The notes under the pieces: model-generated | The model's database searches: none | What the model was told of the DNA's origin: nothing | The model's input: only the letters and a program-made list of their open reading frames with translations | Position numbers and translations under genes: made by a program | NCBI GenBank assembly: GCA_964016885.1 | Contig: OZ024744.1 | Location: 106,702,001 to 106,766,000 of the forward strand | Source: Eledone cirrhosa | Lineage: Eukaryota | Direction of reading: 5' to 3' | Length of the DNA stretch: 64,000 bases | Shown: piece after piece, positions 1-9,133 of the stretch | How the letters are laid out: each line of letters opens with the position of its first letter | Position numbering within the stretch: the stretch's first letter is position 1

Positions 1-3000
1 GTTGATCATGTTGGTGTGTTGAATACCTTGGCCTTCCTTGATCCCTTGTTGTCTCTAGGGTTGTTCTTGTTGGTGTGGTGAATACCTTGGCCTTCATTGA
101 TCCCTAGTTATCTGTAGGGTTGTTCTTGTTGGTGTGGTGTATACCTTGGCCTTCCTTGATCCCTAGTTATCTGTAGAGTTGTTCATGTTGGTCTGGTGAA
201 TACCTTGACCCTCATTGATCCCTAGTTTTCTGTAGGGTTGTTCATGTTGGTGTGGTGAATACCTTGGCCTTCATTGATCCCTAGTTATCTGTACGGTTCT
301 TCATGTTGGTGTGGTGCATACCTTGGCCCTCATTGATCCCTAGTTAACTGTAGGGTTCTGCATGTTTGTGTGGTGAATACCTTGGCCATCCTTGATCCCT
401 AGTTATCGGTTGGGTTATTCATGTTGGTGTGGTGAATACCTTGGCCTTCCTTGATCCCTAGTTATCGGTAGGGTTGTTCCTGTTGGTGTGGTGAATACCT
501 TGGCCTTCATTGATCCCTAGTTATCTGTAGTGGTATTCATGTCTGTGGTGAATACCTTGACCCTCATTGTTCCCCAGTTATCTGTAGGGTTGTTCATTTT
601 GGTGTGGTGAATACCTTCGCTTTCCTTGATCCCTAGTTATCTTTAGGGTTGTTCTTGTTGGTGTGGTGTATACCTTGGCCTTCCTTGATCCCTAGTTATC
701 TGTAGTGTTGTTCATGTTGGTGTGGTGAATACCTTGGCCTTCCTTGATCCCTAGTTATCTGTAGGGTTGTTCTTGTTGGTGTGGTGAATACCTTGGCCTT
801 CATTGATCCCTAGTTTTCTGTAGGGTTGTTCTTGTTGATGTGGTGTATACCTTGGCCTTCAGTGATCCCTAGTTATCTCTAGGGTTCTTCATGTTGGTGT
901 GGTGAATACCTTGGCCTTCATTGATCCCTAGTTATCTGTAGGGTTGTTCTTGTTGGTGTGGTGTATACCTTGGCCTTCATTGATCCCTAGTTATCTGTAG
1001 GGTTGTTCATGTTGGTGTGGTGAATACCTTGACCCTCATTGATCCCTAGTTATCTGTAGGGTTGTTCATGTTGGTGTGGTGCATACCTTGACTCTCATTG
1101 ATCCCTAGTTATCTGTAGGGTTCTTCATGTTGGTGTGGTGAATACCTTGGCCTTCCTTGATTCCTAGTTATCGGTAGGGTTATTCATGTTGGTGTGGTGA
1201 ATACCTTGGCCTTCCTTGATCCCTAGTTATCGGTAGGGTTATTCATGTTGGTGTGGTGAATACCTCTGCCTTCATTGATCCCTAGTTATCTGTAGAGGTG
1301 TTCATGTTGGTTTGGTGAATACCTTGGCCCTCATTGTTCCCCAGTTATCTGTAGGGTTGTTCATTTTGGTGTGGTGAATACCTTGGCTTTCCTTGATCCC
1401 TAGTTATCTGTAGGGTTGTTCATGTTGGTGTGTTGAATACCTCGGCCTTCCTTGATCCCTAGTTATCTTTAGGGTTGTTCTTGTTGGTGTGGTGTATACC
1501 TTGGCCTTCCTTGTTCCCTAGTTATCTGTAGGGTTGTTCATGTTGGTGTGTTGAATACCTTGGCCTTCCTTGATTCCTAGATATCTGTAGGGTTGTTCCT
1601 CTTGGTGTGGTGAATACCTTGGCCCTCATTGTTCCCCATTATCTGTAGGGTTGTTCTTGTTGGTGTGGTGAACACCTTGGCCTTCCTTGATCCCTAGTTA
1701 TCTTTAGGGTTGTTCTTGTTGGTGTGGTGTATACCTTGGCCTTCCTTGATCCCTAGTTATCTCTAGGGTTGTTCTTGTTGGTGTGGTGAATACCTTGGCG
1801 TTCCTTGATCCTCAGTTATCTGTAGGTTTGTTCTTGTTGGTGTGGTGAATACCTTGGCCTTCCTTGATCCCTAGATATCTGTAGGGTTGTTCCTCTTGGT
1901 GTGGTGAATACCTTGGCCCTCATTGTTCCCCAGTTATCTGTAGGGTTGTTAATTTTGGTGTGGTGATTACCTTCGCTTTCCTTGATACCTAGTTATCTGT
2001 AGGGTTGTTCATGTTGGTGTGTTGAATACCTTGGCCTTCCTTGATCGTTAGTTATCTTTAGGGTTGTTCTTGTTGGTGTGGTGCATACCTTGACTCTCAT
2101 TGATCCCTAGTTATCTGTAGGGTTCTTCATGTTGGTGTGGTGAATACCTTGGCCTTCCTTGATTCCTAGTTATCTGTAGGGTTATTCATGTTGGTGTGGT
2201 GAATACCTTGGCCTTCCTTGATCCCTAGTTATCGGTAGGGTTATTCATGTTGGTGTGGTGAATACCTCTGCCTTCATTGATCCCTAGTTATCTGTACAGG
2301 TGTTCATGTTGGTTTGGTGAATACCTTGGCCCTCATTGTTCCCCAGTTATCTGTAGGGTTGTTCATTTTGGTGTGGTGAATACCTTGGCTTTCCTTGATC
2401 CCTAGTTATCTGTAGGGTTGTTCATGTTGGTGTGTTGAATACCTTGGCCTTCCTTGATCCCTAGTTATCTTTAGGGTTGTTCTTGTTGATGTGGTGTATA
2501 CCTTGGCCTTCCTTGTTCCCTAGTTATCTGTAGGGTTGTTCATGTTGGTGTGTTGAATACCTTGGCCTTCCTTGATCCCTAGTTATCTCTAGGGTTGTCC
2601 TTGTTGGTATGGTGAATACCTTGGCCTTCATTGATCCCTAGTTATCTGTAGGGTTGTTCTCGTTGGTGTGGTGAGTACCTTGGTCGTCATTGATCCCTAG
2701 TTATCTGTAGGGTTGTTTATGTTGGTGTGGTGAATACCTTGGCCTTCGTTGATCCCTAGTTATCTGTAGGGTTGTTCATGTTGGTCTGGTGAATACCTTG
2801 ACCCTCATTGATCCCTAGTTTTCTGTAGGGTTGTTCATGTTGGTGTGGTGAATACCTTGGCCTTCATTGATCCTAGTTATCTGTATGGGTGTTCATGTCG
2901 GTGTGGTGAATACCTTGGCCTTCCTTGATCCCTAGTTATCAGTAGGGTTATTCTTGTTGGTGTGGTGAATACCTTGGCCTTCATTGATCCCTACATATCT

Positions 3001-3660
3001 GTAGTATTGTTCATGTTGGTGTGGTTAATACCTTGGCCTTCATTGATCCCTACATATCTGTTGTATTGTTCATGTTGGCGTGGTGAATACCTTGGCCCTC
3101 ATTGATCCTTAGTTATCTGTAGGGTTGTACCTGTTGGTGTCGTGAATACCTTGGCCTTCATTGATCCCTAGTTATCTGTAGGGTTGTTCATGTTGGTGCG
3201 GTGAATACCTTGGCCTTCCTTGATCCCTAGTTATCTGTAGGGTTGTTCATGTTGGTGTGGTGAATACCTTGACTCTCTTTGATCCCTAGTTATCTGTAAG
3301 GTTGTTCATGTTGGTGTGGTGAATACCTTGGCCTTCATTGATCCCTAGTTATCTGCAGGGCTGTTCATGTTGGTGTGGTGAATACCTTGGCCCTCATTGA
3401 TCCCTAATTATCTGTAAGGTTGTTCATGTTGGTGTGGTGAAAACCTTGGCTTTCCTTGATCCCCAGATATCAGTAGTGTTGTTCTTGTTGGCGTGGTGAA
3501 TACCTTGTCCTTCCTTGATCCCTAGTTATCTGTAGGGTTTTTCTTGTTGGTGTGGTGAATACCTTGGCCCTCATTGATCCCTAGTTATCTGTAGGGTTGT
3601 TCATGTTGTTGTGGTGAATACCTTGGCCTTTATTGATCTCTAGTCATCTGTAGGGTTGTT
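1..3660. repeat. 59-bp tandem satellite, about 62 monomers visible, truncated by the window start
   Basis: Consensus GTTGTTCATGTTGGTGTGGTGAATACCTTGGCCTTCCTTGATCCCTAGTTATCTGTAGG (59 nt) repeats head-to-tail; the register shifts 1 nt per 60-nt line. Periodicity stops after ...TAGGGTTGTT at 3660. Confidence 0.98.
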
Positions 3661-3999
3661 GTAGTTCCCTAATTACTGAATTCCCATCTATTTCTATTGA
3701 GTTTGTGCTTGTCATTCTGCCTTTCTTCAATGTTACTATACAGCATTTTCCAGTCCAAATTCAATCCCCACATAATCGCTGAACACCTTAATTGTCTTCA
3801 ACAATCCTTCCAATTTGTTGTCATTTTTGGCATACAGCTTCCAGTCATCAATTAAAACAGATAATTTATTGTTTTACTGGCTATTTTGTAGCCATATTTT
3901 CTTTTGTTGAGTGTTAAAGACAACTGTGTGAGTGCAATGTAAAATATTGGAGGAGAAAACAAATCCCCCTAAAAAATATCACAGTTAATATTTATTATT
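3602..3999 (-). pseudogene. Decayed reverse transcriptase fragment of a non-LTR retrotransposon, R4/Dong-like (RLE-type)
   Basis: Manual minus-strand translation with two frameshifts: INCDIF*GDLFSPPIFYIALTQLSLTLNKRKYGYKIASKTINYLF / IDDWKLYAKNDNKLEGLLKTIKVFSDYVGIEFGLE / CCIVTLKKGRMTSTNSIEIDGNSVIRELQQPYR*LEINKGQGIHHNNM. Matches in order and spacing the motifs GIFQGDSLSP (*GD at 3971-3963), HLFYMDDLKLY (DD at 3849-3844), FSxDIGMEFGLDKC (about 3780-3743) and YKYLG, which are typical of R4/Dong-clade RTs. Clade call is from recalled motifs. Confidence 0.88.
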
Positions 4000-4470
4000 G
4001 GGGAGCCTCTCGGTGTTGACAAAAATCAATGAGACACTGTTTTCCAGAGGACTTCCGGTTCAGGGCCCATGGATAACTTCCAGAAATCCCTGACCTAGCA
4101 GTGCTACCTTGGAGCTTTGCCAGTTTGAGATAAACTCTACAGGCATGCAAATGCCATCAGTCTGAGGTGCACACAGGATAATGAAATCATCCTGCATGTA
4201 CTCTTCTAGTGTCCGAGTATTGCTGAATTGTATGTTTATGTGGAGCACCTGTTGTCACGTGTAGGACAGATCCAACTGTCAACTGGCAGTTTTTATCTGC
4301 CTTGTGGCCATGGCAAAAGTGGTGTGTGGTGGACGCATTTGAAAGGGTTGAAGACAACTACTTTCCTGTTCAGCGAAACACTGATTAACTTTTTCAGATT
4401 TCACTTGAAGAGGAAAATCAGGGTGGAGAGGGAAGAGCTGCCTTCCAACCAGTTTGTTGTAAGGTGGGTG
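4000..4470 (+). pseudogene. 5'-truncated, decayed C-terminus of an L1/Tx1-like LINE ORF2 (zf-RVT / CCHC knuckle region)
   Basis: One plus frame from 4000 reads GEPLGVDKNQ*DTVFQRTSGSGPMDNFQKSLT*QCYLGALPV*DKLYRHANAISLRCTQDNEIILHVLF*CPSIAELYVYVEHLLSRVGQIQLST...VWWTHLKGLKTTTFLFSETLINFFRFHLKRKIRVEREELPSNQFVVRWV. A neighbouring frame supplies AVFICLVAMAK. The pattern W..xxGALPV...C...ExxxHxxFxC...AKxxxW...ER...F..RW is the L1/Tx1 ORF2 end. Stops at 4096, 4126 and 4207 are one substitution from W, R and Q; the first knuckle Cys appears to be deleted. Confidence 0.8.
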
Positions 4471-7228
4471 AGAGGGAAGTGTTGCCTTCTAACCAGTTTG
4501 TTGTAAGAAGAGTGAGAGCGAAGTGCTGCCTTCCAACCAGTTTGTTGTAAAGTGGGTGAGAGGGAAGTGCTGCCTTCCAACCAGTTTGTTGTAAAGTGGG
4601 TGAGAGGGAAGTGCTGCCTTCCAACCAGTTTGTTGTAAAGTGGGTGAGAGGGAAGTGCTGCATTCCAACCAGTTTGTTGTAAGGTGGGTGAGAGGGAAGT
4701 GTTGCCTTCCGACCTGTTTGTTATAAGGTGGGCGAGAGGGAAGTGCTGCTTTCCAACCTGTTTGTTTAAGGTGGGTGAGAAGGAAGTGCTGCCTTCCAAC
4801 CAGTTTATTGTAAAGTGGGTGAGAGGGAAGTGCTGCCTTCCAACCAGTTTGTTGTAAAGTGGGTGAGAGGGAAGAGCTGCCTTCCAACCAGTTTGTTGTA
4901 AGGTGGGTGAGAGGGAAGTGCTGCCTTCCAACTAGTTTGTTGTAAGTTGGGTGAGAGGGAAGTGCTGTCTTTCAACCAGTTTATTGTAAGGTGGGTGAGA
5001 GGGAAGTGCTGCCTTCCAACCAGTTTGTTGTAAGGTGGGTGAGAGGGAAGTGCTGCCTTCCAACCAGTTTGTTGTAAAGTGGGTGAGAGGGAAGTGCTGC
5101 CTTCTAACCAGTTTATTGTAAGAAGAGTGAGAGCGAAGTGCTGCCTTCCAACCAGTTTATTGTAAGGTGGGTGAGAGGGAAGTGCTGCCTTCTAACCAGT
5201 TTGTTGTAAGAAGAGTGCGAGCGAAGTGCTGCCTTCCAACCAGTTTGTTGTAAACTGGGTGAGAGGGAAGTGCTGCCTTCCAACACGTTTGTTGTAAAGT
5301 GGGTGAGAGGGAAGTGCTGCCTTCCAACCAGTTTGTTGTAAAGTGGGTGAGAGGGAAGTGCTGCATTCCAACCAGTTTGTTGTAAGGTGGGTGAGAGGGA
5401 AGTGTTGCCTTCTAACCAGTTTGTTGTAAGAAGAGTGAGAGCGAAGTGCTGCCTTCCAACCAGTTTGTTGTAAAGTGGGTGAGAGGGAAGTGCTGCCTTC
5501 CAACCAGTTTGTTGTAAAGTGGGTGAGAGGGAAGTGCTGCCTTCCAACCAGTTTGTTGTAAAGTGGGTGAGAGGGAAGTGCTGCATTCCAACCAGTTTGT
5601 TGTAAGGTGGGTGAGAGGGAAGTGTTGCCTTCCGACCTGTTTGTTATAAGGTGGGCGAGAGGGAAGTGCTGCTTTCCAACCTGTTTGTTTAAGGTGGGTG
5701 AGAAGGAAGTGCTGCCTTCCAACCAGTTTATTGTAAAGTGGGTGAGAGGGAAGTGCTGCCTTCCAACCAGTTTGTTGTAAAGTGGGTGAGAGGGAAGAGC
5801 TGCCTTCCAACCAGTTTGTTGTAAGGTGGGTGAGAGGGAAGTGCTGCCTTCCAACTAGTTTGTTGTAAGTTGGGTGAGAGGGAAGTGCTGTCTTTCAACC
5901 AGTTTATTGTAAGGTGGGTGAGAGGGAAGTGCTGCCTTCCAACCAGTTTGTTGTAAGGTGGGTGAGAGGGAAGTGCTGCCTTCCAACCAGTTTGTTGTAA
6001 AGTGGGTGAGAGGGAAGTGCTGCCTTCTAACCAGTTTATTGTAAGAAGAGTGAGAGCGAAGTGCTGCCTTCCAACCAGTTTATTGTAAGGTGGGTGAGAG
6101 GGAAGTGCTGCCTTCTAACCAGTTTGTTGTAAGAAGAGTGCGAGCGAAGTGCTGCCTTCCAACCAGTTTGTTGTAAACTGGGTGAGAGGGAAGTGCTGCC
6201 TTCCAACACGTTTGTTGTAAAGTGGGTGAGAGGGAAGTGCTGCCTTCCAACCAGTTTGTTGTAAAGTGGGTGAGAGGGAAGTGCTGCATTCCAACCAGTT
6301 TGTTGTAAGGTGGGTGAGAGGGAAGTGTTGCCTTCCGACCTGTTTGTTATAAGGTGGGCGAGAGGGAAGTGCTGCTTTCCAACCTGTTTGTTTAAGGTGG
6401 GTGAGAAGGAAGTGCTGCCTTCTAACCAGTTTATTGTAAAGTGGGTGAGAGGGAAGTGCTGCCTTCCAACCAGTTTGTTGTAAAGTGGGTGAGAGGGAAG
6501 AGCTGCCTTCCAACCAGTTTGTTGTAAGGTGGGTGAGAGGGAAGTGCTGCCTTCCAACTAGTTTGTTGTAAGTTGGGTGAGAGGGAAGTGCTGCCTTTCA
6601 ACCAGTTTATTGTAAGGTGGGTGAGAGGGAAGTGCTGCCTTCCAACCAGTTTGTTGTAAGGTGGGTGAGAGGGAAGTGCTGCCTTCTAACCAGTTTGTTG
6701 TAAGGTGGGTGAGAGGGAAGTGCTGCCTTCCAACAAGTTTGTTGTAAGTTGGGTGAGAGGGAAGTGCTGCCTTTCAACCAGTTTATTGTAAGGTGGGTGA
6801 GAGGGAAGTGCTGCCTTCCAACCTGTTTGTTGTAAGCTGGGTGAGAAGGAATGCTGCCTTCCAGCCAGTTTGTTGTAAGATGGGTGAGAAGGAAGTGCTG
6901 CCTTCCAACCAGTTTGTTGTAAAGTGGGTGAGAGGGAAGTGCTGGCTTCCGACCAGTTTGTTGTAAAGTGGGTGAGAGGGAAGTGCTGACTTCCAACCAG
7001 CTTGTTGTAAAGTGGGTGAGAGGGAAGTTCTGCCTTCCAACCAGTTTGTTGTAATATGGGTGAGAGGGAAGTGCTGCATTCCAACCAGTTTGTTGTAAGG
7101 TGGGTGAGAGGGAAGTGCTGCAGTCCAACCTGTTTGTTGTAAGGTGGGTGAGAGGGAAGTGCTGCCTTCCGGCCTGTTTGTTATAAAGTGGGTGAGAGGG
7201 AAGTGCTGCCTTCCAACCAGTTTGTTGT
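4426..7228. repeat. 44-bp tandem satellite, left arm (about 64 monomers)
   Basis: Consensus GAGAGGGAAGTGCTGCCTTCCAACCAGTTTGTTGTAAGGTGGGT; the first two GAGAGGGAAG occurrences are at 4426 and 4470 (period 44). Confidence 0.98.
7225..7228 (+). other. 4-bp target-site duplication TTGT, left copy (right copy 12748-12751)
   Basis: CCAGTTTG[TTGT]-TGTAGTAAG...GCTAAA-[TTGT]AAAGTGGGTGAG. Removing the element and one TTGT restores a normal monomer. Confidence 0.9.
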
Positions 7229-7463
7229 TGTAGTAAGACGCCTCACGCTCCTTGATAGAACAACGCCGGTTGAGAACGCCAGAAAGAAAAGACAGACAGC
7301 CACTGGAAAGCCGACTGATCACACGCAAGAAATCAGCCTCTGTACAACACCATTGTTTGTGCTACAACAAAAAATAAACGTATATTTCATCTCTAATTTC
7401 TGCTGTTGAAATAATTATTATGTCACTCGTATCTCGATAACATCTATAACTAATGCTGCTAAA
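7229..7463 (+). repeat. 5' LTR (235 bp)
   Basis: TGTAGTAAGACG...TGCTGCTAAA; direct repeat of 12513-12747 with 7 mismatches by manual count and no net length difference; AATAAA at 7373-7378. Confidence 0.96.
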
Positions 7464-7464
7464 G

Positions 7465-7477
7465 TGGTGACCGACGT
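7465..7477 (+). promoter_or_regulatory. Primer-binding site, tRNA-Trp-like
   Basis: TGGTGACCGACGT lies 1 nt after the LTR. The canonical tRNA-Trp PBS is TGGTGACCCCGACGT, so this copy lacks two C. Confidence 0.8.
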
Positions 7478-8352
7478 AAGAATTTAACGCAGCCCTTCTT
7501 ATACATTCAGTTGAACTTTTATTACCACGTTGCCGGCCTTTTTTCGCAACTTGCAAAAATAAAAAATATTCCTTTTAAAATTATCGAAAAATTAGTAGTA
7601 TTTCAAAAACTTTTTGCTACACTCGACAACAACAACGACAGCAGCAGCAGCGACAACATTGTTTAACCACTGACCAAAAGAGGGAATAGTGAGTGGCAGC
7701 TTCATAGCCTTACCGACGCAAACCACCACACATCGGAAATATCAAAACGATTCATTCGTGTCGATAATTTAGAGCAACTTTTTTTTATTCACTTGAATAT
7801 TTCATTTCCGTTGCCAACTTTTTCGCAACTTACAGAAGAAAAAAGAAAAAAGTGTATTTTTCCAAGGTGGCGTTGCGTTCCTTCCCAGTTTTGTAACGGA
7901 CACATTTTTTGAATTGCGTGTGTGTTCCATGACTGGTCAAGAGAGAAGAGACTAAACTTTTTTTTGTGAACATAACTGCCCCGCATGGGGATATACATGC
8001 CTTACCTTTTTCTAAGGGATTTTTAGCCACTGGCTACCTTTGTTGATATCCAACGCAGATATATTTAAAAAAAACAAAAAAACATTTTTTTTCCTCCTTT
8101 CTTTTTTTTTACCTTATTTGATTTGGCTGGTTCGTTGAAGCAACGCGAGGGGACAGACGTTGAAGGAAAATTTTTTTTTAAAAGATATATATCTGTATTT
8201 TATGTATTTTTCATATTTCCTTATGTTTTGAATGTCTGTTTCTTTTTGCCCTTTAACTTTTTCTCAATATTGGCTGTTCTCTTTTCACTGTACAAGGGTA
8301 CACTAATTGCTGTTTAGATATATATGTATATATTTTTTTTATAAAAGTTGAC

Positions 8353-9133
8353 ATGAATGTGCCACATTTGCCCGCCTTTACTGGAAAACCTAAGATGTGG
8401 TTTGCCCAGTTACAGACGTATTTTACGGTCTGTAAGACCGAATCTGACCAGCGCCTCGCTGTACTGATTAGCGGCCTTCCCCCTAATCTAGCAGATTCGG
8501 TCCAAGACCTAATTACAGACCCCCCCCCCCTCTGACTTGACGTATGAGTTTTTGAAGGGCGAGATTTTGAGGAGGAATTGTAAGTCGGTAGAGAGTCGTT
8601 TTCGGTCATTGATCGAGGACGAACTATTAGGTGACAGGACCCCTACCGCTTTTCTCCGGGATTTGCGGGATTTGAGCGATTCCCAAGATCAGGATAGCCC
8701 TTTCCTGAAGCAATTGTTCTTCTCTCGCCTACCTCAAGAGGTACAGGCGATCCTAACCCATATTCTAGAGGTGAATACCCTGGATCACATTGCTGTCTCT
8801 GCTGACAAAATTGTAGAGGTGACGAAGAGGGACACTTCGAAGCCAAAGTACGTTGCTTCCTCTTCTCTTCCTCAATCACGCTCATCAGCGTCTGATGGCA
8901 ATTTAATCACCACAATGGAAGCCATGACTCGTCAAATGGCGGAGTTGTGCAAGGAATTCAGGTCCTTTGGACGGCAGAGGAGCCGCTCACGACGTTATTC
9001 AACTTCTCGCCACCGTAGCCCTTCCAACACACCAAGAACACCATATTGTTATTACCATGAAAGATATGGTAAAAAAGCCGCCCGTTGTAGGCCTCCTTGT
9101 GCTTACGAGGGAAAAGACGACCAGAGTCACTAA
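8353..9133 (+). pseudogene. gag: gag, interrupted by a +1 frameshift in a C11 run at 8520-8530
   Basis: ORF 8353-8535 (PHLPAF...MWFAQLQTYF) joins ORF 8537-9133 (YEFLKGEIL...LGDRTPTAFLR...FFSRLP...CYYHERYGKKAARCRPPC) if one C is removed, giving DPPPSDLTYEFLK. Confidence 0.92.

Noticed and set aside
1-3660. Telomere-like TAGGGTT / TTTAGGG motif in the 59-mer
   Set aside because: It occurs once per monomer and is explained by the LINE codons CAA CCC TAC on the minus strand; there is no tandem TTAGGG.
4060-4248. 62-aa minus-strand ORF as a host exon
   Set aside because: It is antisense to the recognisable L1/Tx1 ORF2 remnant and has no motif of its own.
4000-4470. Host assignment to a cephalopod from recalled similarity of the Tx1-like peptide
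   Set aside because: Memory-based impression only; it cannot be verified without a database search.
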